A stretch of 64,000 nucleotides of DNA from Lingula anatina. Its lineage: Eukaryota; Animalia; Brachiopoda. Below are positions 51,946 through 63,509 of this stretch, one piece after another. Under the pieces are notes generated by a model. That model was not told the DNA's origin. It worked only from the letters and a program-made list of their open reading frames with translations, and did no database searches. Position 1 is the first letter of the stretch. Each line of letters starts with the position of its first letter. Where the stretch lies: contig CM120646.1 of NCBI GenBank assembly GCA_051362555.1, positions 16,306,001 through 16,370,000 of the forward strand. The letters run 5' to 3'. A program made the position numbers and the translations under genes.

Positions 51946-53895
51946 TTTGAGTGCTAGTAAGGCCGCGACCTAAATATGGCGGACATACATGAAAGGAAGA
52001 CCGCTAATCCTGTTATGGTCTCTCCGCCTCTCGCACGCCTCCCCACGCTTCGTCCCTGCAGGGGCACGATAATTAAAATCTCGGCTTAATTCAACCGGTC
52101 GAGGGACAACCAAAATTTTGCAATCATATTCAAGCATGCAAAATTTATGTCTCCAAATGTACGTATTGTGATGTCTCAAGAACAAGAATTAAAATCATTT
52201 TAATTTAAGAATCAACTGATAAGTAATGAAAGAACCAAGAATAATAAGTATAGATCTAAGGACGCGTTCACAATGAAACTATCGTACTTGGTATGTCAAT
52301 ATAACTCCGCGTGGACTCTCGTTGAATGCAATCAGATGAACAGATAAAAACGGTGGTCTTGATAACAAGCGTATTCTTGAAACTAAAAAATTAACACATT
52401 GATTAAGGTCCGCTAAATGCAATGATATGTGAATCATTGACCAATAATAAGGACTAGTATGATTATACATCAACAACGCCAAATTTCACAATTACATTAG
52501 CCCTTGTCTCTGATTGTGGTAGCTGTGATACTTGTCTCTAGTATCTCACCCAAAGCAATGATGATTCTGTTTGGAGTGTCGTCTGTGTTCGGAACTCCGG
52601 AACGTCTGGGTAAAATGAATTCAAGGTAACCCAATATGATGTTCAGAAACGCGCTGAGGCGGCAGCCTGTTTTTGTTTCATTAATAAGCAAACGTTAGTC
52701 TTCATTTTAAAGAAAAAGGTAAAGGAAGCGTAAGACAGATGAAAAGAAAAATAAAAACCAATTATTAAATGTACCGGTATATCTAAGAGTAACAAGCAAA
52801 AATAATTTGTTTTTGGCGCAGGGAGATACGAGAAGAGTGGCTTCTATGTCAGGCCTCTATGTAGGCCTACCAGCTCTCTATGTACCAGTACTCTTGGTAT
52901 TCAACGTATTCGTAATTAGTAACTACAAACATCTTTCCACTATGTAAGTACTAGCACTGAATAACAAGGCCTCATACCACACATAAAACACGTCTCTAAT
53001 CAATGGGCGATCTCATCTACCCTTCCTGTTCTACATACGAAATGTTATAATGTCCCTTAGCAGGAGAGAAAAATGCTTGGAGTGCTCGTTATGTTTTTTC
53101 AGTCTCAATAACATGAGCTAACTTTAAGTCCATCAATGCGTAAATAGGGTATGATAACAATTAGCCAGATGGTTGTTATCAGTAGAAGCCCCGCTTGGGA
53201 TTCCTACTCGTAGCCTGTGGTCGAAATTTTACGCCTCAAACCATCCCCTGCTTTTGGGGCTGGATCAAACCCCTAACCAAATGCCTTGGGTTATTCCACA
53301 CGAGACGATCGAACCTTGGTATCTAGCGTCCCTGAATTAAGCTCCGCGACCATGGGGTAACTATTGATTTCGTTGGTATTGTTCGGTATATGCACTTTAA
53401 TGTTCCCAGTAACCGTATTAAAAAAAAAACTGTTTCTTGGGAGTGTTTGTGCGTCTTTATTTTTCACGGACACACAGTCCATGTATAATATTACCAAGAA
53501 ATTTCCACAGGAATTAATTCTGGTATGTTAGTATATACGTGATGTCGTGCATGATAAACATCTAAATATAACTTCACCTCACTCTCCTGCTATCATCAGG
53601 GTATGTACGTGAACTGATTGCAAGCATTCGTATCGATCTGTTACCAGTGGATGACTCATATCTGTCCATACTCTATGTGGCGGTGTTTTGCTAGAGACGA
53701 AAACAGCCGTGAGCATGGTACACGTACATGTATTCTAACCGTATGTTTCACATCTTATCTGATACAAAATCGTTAAAGAGTAGAATTTGCTGCACGAAAA
53801 ATGAGAACAAAAAAAATTAAAATAAAGATGAAATTATCCGAATCGATCTCAAGTTAGTCAAAGGAAAAATACTGTACAATGTGCCCTCTTTTATA

Positions 53896-54067
53896 CCGGT
53901 GTTACGCGACAGAGAGTTCCCCGTGATAGAGAGTCCGCTTTCCATTCATTTGTACAGGCAAGCCTCGCCCTAGATTTTGACCCAATTAGGTCAGGCTAAC
54001 CCTAACCATTATAACTAAATGGAAGGCGGACTCTCTGTTACACGGACCCTTAGTTTCGTTACACCAA
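53896..54067 (+). mobile_element. MITE, CCGG...ACACCGG family
   Basis: Starts TA-ccggtgttacg, ends cgttacacc; colinear with 22664-22815. Confidence 0.75.
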
Positions 54068-54311
54068 CATCTGTTCATCTCTTCCAGGAAGATCACATCT
54101 GGTCCATGTAATGTCATGTGGCTTACTTATCAGTGAAACCTATATTGTTCCTATATCTTTCTAAGAACGTTATCAAAAATACCATGTTTATGAATGTGGA
54201 GGTAATCAAGTGCTGGGTAATATAATTGATGCTGATAAAAATGGCTCATTTCTAACAGAATAATTCTATTTCTAATATTTTTAATATTGTGGAATTTTGT
54301 CATAAAAAAAC

Positions 54312-54312
<1 letters not shown>

Positions 54313-54343
<31 letters not shown>

Positions 54344-54388
54344 GTCAATTAATTAATTAATTAATTAATTAATTAATTAATTAATTAA
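54313..54388. repeat. (AAT)n plus (TAAT)n simple repeats
   Basis: Directly visible. Confidence 0.9.
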
Positions 54389-54650
54389 GTGTTGTAAAGA
54401 GGTGGGATTATTATGCAAACATCCGTATTTATTCAGATTACAATGTATTACTTTGCCACAATCTATTTATTTGTTTTTGTTTTCATATTGATATGGATAC
54501 CGAAAAATGATAAATTGCATACAAAGGACAGCCATGTCCATTTTATTGACTACCTAGTAAAATAGAGCAACATTAAGCTGATTTTTTAATGTTATAGATA
54601 TATTTTCTAGTTTATGCCAATAATGACCAAATCGCAATTCGCTGCGTTTT

Positions 54651-54655
<5 letters not shown>

Positions 54656-54699
<44 letters not shown>
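54656..54699. repeat. Poly(A) run, 44 nt
   Basis: Directly visible; the paralogous site at 47090-47094 has only 5 A. Confidence 0.9.
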
Positions 54700-54703
<4 letters not shown>

Positions 54704-56107
54704 GTTTTTCATCATCAGTATTTATTTCTAATAACGTACGCTAAATAGGTCCATTTATTGTGTCGGTTTGTATGGTTAACACCTATAATGTAGGCCGTAC
54801 AGATTATTCAGCAATACGTCATCCTTATTAGCTCTTCCTCTCTCCCCATAATAACCCTCATCTGGCCCTGTCGATATTTTCCCGAAGTAATCAAAAATAC
54901 AATTAGACCGTCCGCATGCCCATTAGGGAGTCAAAATCACTCCCATTAAAATATCTAACAGGATGATCCGTGGCCTGCAGCACTTGTGCTCTATCTTATT
55001 TCAATTGCAAGGTTTCTCTCTGGCGGCTCAAAGCTTGAAGGGAACGAGAAAACAAATAAGCAAACAACATCCTTTTGCATCCTATGTATAAGTTTACAGT
55101 TATTACAACATATATAACCTCCTTTCAAGCCAATTATTGCTTTGATTTTGGGGGATTTGCATTGATTTCTGTGGCCATTTTTCGACTGCCCTGCCGACGG
55201 CAGAACAAGAACCGCAGAGCCTTCCACAAACAGAAGACTGGGAAGTAATTTTCTTGTTGAGCTTGTCAATCTTTATCTGAAGGAACTTTCGATCTAGCTG
55301 TAATTACCCAAACCAATTAACTGAAAAACAAAACAACGAGGCCTTACATCATATGATTCAAGTTTTGCATGGGCTCACCCCACCCCTCCGAAATGTGCCC
55401 TGATAACTCGGGTCGAGCGCTACTTTGATAAGTGAATCACACGCCAGAGAATCAAACTGGTAGGTGCCGAAATTCCTCTAATCAGATAGCCTGTCAGACG
55501 CACTGGGTTTTGGTAGTCGGTGCCATGACTAGGGAAAGGCGGTGCATTACGTGAAACTGAGCAGTGGTACATATATCGATATTGAGTAGTCACATGACTT
55601 CTGTTCCGTCGAAGGTTCCATGGTAAATGATACATTGTACGACTTCTTACAGTGGACGAGGCTATCGACGGGAAACACCTTGGTGTTATTTCACGGCACG
55701 TCAATCAGTTTTCCTTTGCGCACCAGAGATGTTGTTTTTTATCTCGGATAAACACAGCCTACCGTGCCCCATCGCCTAACTAAGGTTATCACGGAAATTA
55801 AGCACTTCATGGTCTACTCAGTGTTTTATTATCACCGCGCTATCCGAGCCAGGTAAAGGTGAGTTGACTTTGTACAGGTATATCAAGATGTGAAAGAAAA
55901 AGATTGCAAGGTTTTGCCCGGCATGTGTAGTGTACGTGGAATGTAAGTACAGTATTGGTGCTCTGTTGTCCTGCAGGAAACAGTAGAGTCAGGATGTCTT
56001 AGGTTTGTAGACTAGCATGTGGTTCTACTGGGTAGGGAACTGCAGTATGCTTTTTATCTGAATGAGAGAGGGGGAGGGGAGAGAGAAGAGGGAGAGAGAG
56101 AGACCCT

Positions 56108-56202
56108 AACCCGCAGTTCACATAGAACGTGTTAATAACGTTACCACAGGGATTTTATGTTGTGGCTAAAACGTTATCAAAACGTTTTGTGTTAGCTGTG
56201 AG
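56108..56202. mobile_element. Short palindromic MITE related to 10363-10460
   Basis: Degenerate inverted ends cccgcagttcacatagaacgt ... acgttttgtgttagctgtgag with internal aacgtt repeats. Confidence 0.4.
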
Positions 56203-56210
56203 AGAAAGTG

Positions 56211-56246
56211 AGGAAGGAAGGAAGGAAGGAAGGAAGGAAGGAAGGA

Positions 56247-56294
<48 letters not shown>
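56211..56294. repeat. (GGAA)n(GA)n polypurine repeat
   Basis: Directly visible; further (GA)n at 56063-56103 and 57285-57334. Confidence 0.95.
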
Positions 56295-56298
<4 letters not shown>

Positions 56299-57298
56299 AT
56301 AAATGTAGAAATATTGTCAACTTAAAGAGCCACTACCGCCCGTATCATGACTTAGCAAATAAGTCTTGGTTTCCTGTGACATTTGATACACGTGTCGTTA
56401 CTGTCATGCATGGACATCTAGTTTGGCCTCTCACGGTGGTAATGTGCCAGTATAGGTGATTTTAATGATTTTATACTATATACATTTTTTGCCTCACACA
56501 GGCCTACGAAATGGGATCAATACACCATGAAATTAATACCAGCATTGTCAGGGTTGACCTTCTGACGCCAAATTTTTTTCATTAAAACTGACCACCCATA
56601 TTGATACTGTACAATTTTGAAAATATAACAACTCAACTCAGCAAACATGTCACCCCTTGAACCAAAACGCAACGAACATCATTCGTCAGTACTGGTAGAT
56701 GCAGTGAGACCGAGGGGCAGATTTTGGCACCCAAAGATTTGGTTTTGTTGGGTTTGGGCAGTGGCTTTGGAGTCAACCCTGAAAGTTGACACTTTAAAAT
56801 CATAATAGCAAACATGTCCACCTCCTTTCCCCATGTACTTTAAATATACATAGAACACTTAGGCTGTGCTGTATATAACTTCGGAAAACATTTATCCGAT
56901 CCCTATTACAACGAGTCAGTATTTGCACATCCAACTAACCATAAATATGCACGGTACGTTGTACGTGTATCCAATGTACACACTTGAGGACTGTTCTTAT
57001 ATTAAATCGCAAAACTGCCCTCCCCCTTTAACACCAAGTAGAGTATAAGTTTTTTTTTCTTATACACCTACACTACTAGACAAGAAGACAATCATGAGAT
57101 CATGTTTCATCCCGAGGTGGCGCAATATTAACAGCGTAAACTGCTTGATAAGCAAGCTGCGACCAGGCCGGTATGCGCGTAGTGTACCCGAAGCCACGGG
57201 ACTATCAGTCTTGTCACGGAAACGATATATTAAGTATTTAGGTCTTGGGTCTATTTGTCTAACTCTGATATAGTATTTTTCTAGGAGAGACAGAGAGA

Positions 57299-57338
<40 letters not shown>

Positions 57339-57989
57339 AGCATATAAAGCTAATTAGGGCGACAATTTTGACAAGCGTGATGCATGTCAAGAAGTTTGAT
57401 AGGTTGTTTTACTCATACATGCACCCCTTGTACGCAATTCATATCAGATGATCGAAGTCGCGCTAAGAATAAGTAAATGTATTTTTATCATTCGTCGATA
57501 AAAGTGTCTGTAAATAGGAACAGACATGACTCTCTAGATACATAAAGATATAGGATCGATTTACCCATGGTGCCTGCACTCTCCTTACATCCTTAACTGC
57601 CATTTATCTTGTGTCTCAATGGGATGGAAATTCCCCAAGAATGCTATGTAGCGTACCGGTAAATGATAACGTGCCTTTTTTCCACATTTTAGATTCAATG
57701 AATGAACCACATGGGCCGAGTGGGAGGACGCAGAAAAAGCTGGCTCCGAAGATAAAATTCTTGGATCATCCACCGGGGCGATTCCTCGATAATTCATCTG
57801 AAGAATCCAGTTTGATCTATAACAGAGGCTGGGATACACGCGCGAATATACCAAGTGAAAAGATGATTAATTTTTCACGTTCAGCTGTCTTCTTGTTTGA
57901 TATTGAAACAGCATATGGGTATATGCGCATATGGGCTGCAAAGACAGCAATTACACTGCATTCCATTAGTTAAGACATTCTTATTTAAA

Positions 57990-59159
57990 ATGGATACTTG
58001 TGAGGTCTCACAAGAATTGACCACGAACGTAACGCAGGGTAGCGTGGACAACAGTTCGGCCGCGGTGTTGCTAATGAAGGTCATTCCAATAGTTTTCCTT
58101 GTTTTTGGTACAGCAGGGAACATTCTTTCCATCGTGGTACTGCGGCGACCTTTCATGAGAAAGACCTGGACAGGGTTCTTCTTGTCTAGCCTCGCTGTGG
58201 TGGACACGTTGGTTCTGTGGACAGGTTTACTGCGTCACACCATCAAGGCATACAATCCAGACACTGACATACGGGATTTGAGTAGCATCGGTTGCAAGTT
58301 GCATCGCTTTCTTCTTTACGTGTTCCTGGACATGTCTGCTTGGATCCTGGTGGCGTTAACCGTGGGGCGATATATAACCGTGTGTCACGTGTTTAAGGCA
58401 TCCACGTGGTGCACGCGCAAACGCGCTCTTATAGCGCTTCTAGTTATTATTCTCTTTACAGTTGGTTTAAACCTACACACGCTTTGGACAGTGGATTTGA
58501 ACTGCAATCCAGCAACGGGGCAGCTTAAGTGTGATCACTTTCAGGAGACAGATCCCTATTTTTACTTCGTTGAAAACGCGGTACCTTGGATAGCCGTCTG
58601 TGTGTATGCATTTGGGCCGTTCACAATAATGATTATATTGAACGGTTGCATCATAAGGCGTATAAGAAAATCACAGCGTTACCACAATTCTATGAAAGTC
58701 AGAAGTATCAGCATCCAAAGTCAAAACAGCATCTGTGACGATAAAATATCATTCAACAAAAATGGCGCACCAGGACCGTCTCTTGGTACTACCTCCTCAC
58801 CTTATCCAGACTGCCCAAATAAAGACCACCACAACGAGCATGCGCGCTCTACTACCGTCATGCTTCTCGTGGTTACATTTGCGTTTCTCCTTCTTGCGTC
58901 TCCGAGTTTCGTCAACCTCATCGTGGAATATTACACAAGGAATACCCATGAACTTACTCTTGAACATAAGTCTGAGCATCAGCTGGGGTCTACACTAGTA
59001 CTTATCTTAAACTACATGAACCACGCTGTCAATTTTATATTGTATTGTGTGAGCGGGAAGAGCTTCCGGGACGAACTAGTGCGCATGTTTCGCGAGAACA
59101 GCAGAAAGATGTCTGTTCGGTCTGCGTATAGTGCGGAAATAGGCATGTGTAGATACTAG
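57990..59159 (+). CDS. Rhodopsin-class 7TM peptide/orphan GPCR (FMRFamide-receptor/GPR139-like group), about 389 aa, single coding exon
   Basis: Best start is AAAATGG at 57990 (the ORF track starts at a TTG; an in-frame ATG also exists at 57915). Sequons NVT and NSS; GTAGN; LAVVD; CKLHRF; SAWILVALTVGRY; GPFTIMIILN; FLLLASP; NHAVNFILY; GKSFR. Confidence 0.92.
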   Translation: MDTCEVSQELTTNVTQGSVDNSSAAVLLMKVIPIVFLVFGTAGNILSIVVLRRPFMRKTWTGFFLSSLAVVDTLVLWTGLLRHTIKAYNPDTDIRDLSSIGCKLHRFLLYVFLDMSAWILVALTVGRYITVCHVFKASTWCTRKRALIALLVIILFTVGLNLHTLWTVDLNCNPATGQLKCDHFQETDPYFYFVENAVPWIAVCVYAFGPFTIMIILNGCIIRRIRKSQRYHNSMKVRSISIQSQNSICDDKISFNKNGAPGPSLGTTSSPYPDCPNKDHHNEHARSTTVMLLVVTFAFLLLASPSFVNLIVEYYTRNTHELTLEHKSEHQLGSTLVLILNYMNHAVNFILYCVSGKSFRDELVRMFRENSRKMSVRSAYSAEIGMCRY

Positions 59160-59569
59160 CAAGAGGACAGACAAGGTGATTGCAAATAAGCCCACTCTCC
59201 GCTGAAGTCTTGTTGATGTAACTCTCGGTAACTTTTGCAACTCTCGGGCTCTCGTTTCGTGTGAGACTTGAAGCCACATGCAGAACCGGAAGTACATACA
59301 TACACTGTACTTGTATACATGTATGTGTACAAATAGAGTACAGTCATATTTAACTTGCCTGTTCACATCCATTTTTTTTCATTTTTATTACTTACTAGGT
59401 GGAGTGATGTACAGTAGGCTTTTGCATCTATTGATATGACTGTACCCTGGGACCATGCTCGGCAAGCAGGAAACCATGTCCTGGGCGTCATTGCAAGCGG
59501 GCGCCACTGACAGGCCTTGATTAAGTCTTCGACGCTCGATATTATCATATTAGTTCACCATAGAAACGA

Positions 59570-59952
59570 TTTTAGAGTCTTAAAGTTATGTTCATCAAAT
59601 AGGCGTATTTTACGGTAATGTTGTCTGAAAAAGTCGTTTGTGTAGAGTGTTTAGAAACGGGTGCAATTTTGGCTGCGCGTACGCCTCCGTTTTACCTTCT
59701 GAATGAGATCTAGGACTCGGCAAGAACGAATCGTCGTTGGCGGGCCTGCTGTTTGATGGCAGTTTTTTTTTTACTTCCGCCGTGACCTAGACGCAGCAGT
59801 AGCTAATACTTCCTGAACCAAAATAAGTAAATTAATGAAACACTTTCAGGGGAGTAAGAGAAAAAATACGCCTATTTTTTGTGAATCAGTTTGTATCTGA
59901 TTGGTCGCCCAACGAACGATATTCTTCTTAATGATTTTAAGAGCTCAGCTAA
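59570..59952. mobile_element. Degenerate MITE-like inverted-repeat element
   Basis: Inner IR aaataggcgtatttt (about 59597-59611) / aaaatacgcctattt (59863-59877); weaker outer IR tttagagtcttaaa / tttaagagctcagctaaa. Confidence 0.45.
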
Positions 59953-60494
59953 ATTACGTTAGGAGAAAACCGAAGAAGTTAACGAGCCATACCCCGTGAT
60001 ACTCATCCAGGTTAACCAACTAGAAAGGCTGCTGGCAGACTTGATCGAATGCAACAAACAATACATTGTATAGTTATTGTTAATAGTAACAATAGTGGTG
60101 AAGTATCTGTATATGGAATAAATTGTTCTGTCGTAAAGTGAACAAAAACTCCCGCGTAGATTCTGACAGAAAACTATATAACAACTCTAATTTCTGTAAT
60201 ACGGGTAAGTACACCGACATTTTAGTGCTAAGGTGAAAAAGACGACTAAAGCCACGTGAAATACTGGGATCAAAGATGACACACTTAACAATAGGACTTG
60301 TGAAAAGTCAGTTGGATGCTGTCATTGCGAATAATTGTGCTCAATTTTCGAGGTACGATTTCTTAGTCAATCCTTCAGCACTGCATGCAGGCAAAAAGCC
60401 TATAACGTGTGCTCCAGGTATTCAAACTCGAAATATGGGGGGTTGCGTTCGCATTCAACCAAATAAGTGTGCCCTGAACTTGCGTCTTTAACTT

Positions 60495-60678
60495 CAGGCT
60501 CGTAGTCAGGGGGGTTGTTGGGGGTTTAACGAACCACTCTGTACACATGTAGCCAGAAAAAGGTCCACTCCGGGCAAAATTTGATTCAGGTACACTAAGA
60601 TTTCATGGTAAAGGGTCCACTTTTCAGAACTCCCCCCCCCCCCACCCCCCGCCTCTAAAACTGCTGGCTACGGTTCTT
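60495..60678 (+). mobile_element. Degenerate hAT-like MITE
   Basis: caggctcgtagtcag-gggg ... cccc-ctggctacggttctt termini; internal aaggtccact repeats. Confidence 0.5.
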
Positions 60679-61462
60679 ACATGGTGTTCTAACTTCGCTC
60701 CTATATCAGGTCTTTCGTTTTCTGTATTAATTCCAAGCTAGACATACATGTACATGCATGCAGCATACATCATTGATCATTCCAAAAGGCAATGAGTCGG
60801 ATATAAATCGGACGCGACCTTCGTGGAAGAAATAAAGTTATCTTATTGGCTCTATAACCAGCAAAATGTCATTTGGATATACATGTATACCGATTTAAAT
60901 GAAAACACGGAATCAAACGGGGGTAAACGATGCACGGTTTTTGCGTAAATGCAAAGGATACCAGTGTGCTTGGCAAATTATGTCTTCACCGTAGATTAAA
61001 ATCTCAACTAACGCAATCTTGCACACTTCTTATCGCTGAGCTGCAAAGTCGCTTTTTGGTTCTCTTGCGCTAACGGGATGTGCCGGAAGCGAGCCTGTGG
61101 TGATTCCATTCTCTGATGTTGTAATTAACGACAACAGCTTGATTATAGCCATTCTTCATGCAGCAACATCGCAATTCTTTCAATACCCTGTCATACCCGT
61201 GTATACCAATAGTGTCTCGTTGAATCATAATTACCAATAGTGGCAGAACGGTGTTGTTAAGAAGGAGAACTTCATCTGCAACCTTTTGTACAGCCTTCTC
61301 TTTGAAGTGGGAGATGAGGATTTTGTATATTATTTTTATTTATCACATAGAAACTGACGTTACTGTATACTGTAAAATTTATGAAAAGTTTCATGAAGTC
61401 ATAAATAAAATGTTCCACTTTGATTTCTGGTAGCTTTTTTGTTGCGCTTTCTTGGTTTCTTT

Positions 61463-61496
61463 TCAAGATCCTTCCTCTGGCAAATGCTTTTTGACT
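61463..61496 (-). CDS. GT7 beta-1,4-galactosyltransferase-like gene, terminal coding exon
   Basis: Acceptor ttttccttatttcag|; phase 2 gives (R)VKKHLPEEGS*. AATAAA on the minus strand at about 61335-61340. Confidence 0.6.
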
Positions 61497-61713
61497 CTGA
61501 AATAAGGAAAATGTTGGTAGTAAATGGTTGAAATAGTTTGAAGTACATTAGTTATTGCTTCATTTACAATATCAGGGAGACAAAACCTTATAAAAATGGT
61601 GGTGGGATAGAGGGATAGAGAGAGAAGTGACGACAGTAAAATGCTGTAGAGAGGGGAGTGCAATTTTTTTTTTAATTTTAAAAGGCAATCGAACCGTCAA
61701 CTTCACTTCTTAC

Positions 61714-61811
61714 CTGGGAAACTGTTGGATAGCCCGGGTCATGTTGATATTCCACCAAGTAAGGTTACGTTTCTCATCATAATTAGGATCCATTATGCCT
61801 TTCCACAACTT
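61714..61811 (-). CDS. GT7-like gene, exon KLWKGIMDPNYDEKRNLTWWNINMTRAIQQFP(R)
   Basis: tttcggtttccag| ... CAG|GTAAGA; 98 nt, open in phase 0, ends in phase 2, matching both neighbours. Confidence 0.7.
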
Positions 61812-62513
61812 CTGGAAACCGAAAATCGAGCTATTTGTACACAAATATCATCATCCGTATATTCATTTTTAATTACCATTTTGATGTCAACCTACCAGTG
61901 TCTAATCAATTAAGGTATGTTCGTACATAATTATATCGTTATTGCAATGCCCATGAAAATATCTTTATTCTAGTATTTATACGTTATATATATATTTTCA
62001 TATTAAAAAGCCATTGCCTGCGTTTAGTTGTGGATCGGTATTCTCTCATAATTTTACTGCTTCTACATCCTTCACCTATCTTCTTTTTAAAGAGTATTTT
62101 CCTCTATATCATGTATTTGTTTCTCAATAAACATAAGTTTGACATCCTTTCATAATTCAAAAAGGTTCAAAAAGGTTTAAATACTAATTGACTGGGAGTC
62201 TACAAACAGGCTTAAAGGGTATACATTTTAAATAGCCTCGAAGCCAAATAAGTCAGGTGCGTGTCTATGAAAAATAGGTCCAATGACAACCACTGAAATT
62301 GCGCCCCTGTCTTCTGAGATTTTAAAGACATTTTATTAAAGTATCTGAGGTCCATAAACAGGAAACTTAACCATAAAATCAAAGTACAAAACCGCTCCGT
62401 AAATCTTTTGATACGGCACAACACGAAAATTGCAACTACTGAAAGGTGAATAAAAACTTCTCGGTCGTCCCCTCCCTCTGGGTCATATGTCTATTCCATG
62501 TTAATATTCCTAC

Positions 62514-62664
62514 CTTCATCATGGCGTTTTGATCGAACCCGACTTTGATCCAAGTGTACGCAGGGCGACGCTCCACCTCCTGTTTGGTGTAATGCAGGGT
62601 GTTTAAACCATCGTCCCAAGGGCCGTATTCCCTGTAGAGATATCGTGCAAAGTCCAGTGAAGAG
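62514..62664 (-). CDS. GT7-like gene, exon SSLDFARYLYREYGPWDDGLNTLHYTKQEVERRPAYTWIKVGFDQNAMMK
   Basis: catttccag| ... AAG|GTAGGA; 151 nt. DGLNTLHY...VERRPAYTWIKV matches the B4GalT C-terminal DGLNSL.Y...P.YT.I.V pattern. Confidence 0.85.
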
Positions 62665-63083
62665 CTGGAAATGGTTGTTTGAAAAAAATGTAGAATATAG
62701 TTGGCCCAGACCTCTGGCTGGCAAAACATTACATACATGATGTTAATATACATATAGCCTGGTATTTAATATATTATAAAGCTATATAAAATATCGTGGA
62801 AATAACATGTAGAACATGTTGTCAAAAAGATGATTTGCGATAAGTTAATTGATTAGTTTGATGGGAGAAAAAACTACGGAAACTCATAAATACTACACGT
62901 TTGTGCAGGGCAGTCTGTTATTGCTACACAAAATTGAGATTTGACTTATATGCACAGACAAAATCAGCTTTTGGTCTACAACTTTTGTGAAACAGACCGA
63001 TGACGAATCTCACAGGCTTCTTTTCACGTCATCATTCCCACTTGCTGTATTATAAAGGAAATGAAAAAAATAAGATAACCCAC

Positions 63084-63179
63084 CCACTCGATGGATTGGC
63101 TAGGATAGGATGATGAAAAACTCGGTAACGTCCCAGTTTGCTGTCAGCGCGTGTAAATGATACGTTCTGAGACTGCATT
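63084..63179 (-). CDS. GT7-like gene, exon (R)MQSQNVSFTRADSKLGRYRVFHHPILANPSS(G)
   Basis: ctttgtttcag| ... GG|GTGGGT; 96 nt, phase 2-2. GRYRVFHH aligns to the GRY.M..H metal-binding loop. Confidence 0.85.
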
Positions 63180-63509
63180 CTGAAACAAAGTACGATGATA
63201 TTTTTATATTATCAGCTGCAGGATCCACTGGCGGTTCCAAGATTGTGAAAAGCTAGGGAGTGGGGGCACAAGTCTGTTCCTCGCCTCTCTCGACATGCTT
63301 GCACATTTAAAAGATTTTTACATCGTAATAAATGTAGGTAATTTGAAAATACATGTAAATAATTCCAAAATGCACAGGAAATGAAAAGTCACTTGGTTTC
63401 GTTAAGACAGCTTACAAAAACGTTTAATTATTTATTTATTTATTTATTCATTTATTCTAGTGGGGTAGAGGTGGAGGGAGATCCTCCGAAAGCGTGAGCT
63501 TATCCTTAC

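Larger units (their letters stand above)
48330..54886 (+). repeat. Tandem duplication unit 2 (carries the disrupted gene copy plus extra insertions)
   Basis: See unit 1. Additional sequence at 50288-50976, about 51640-52460 and 52800-54575. Confidence 0.85.
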
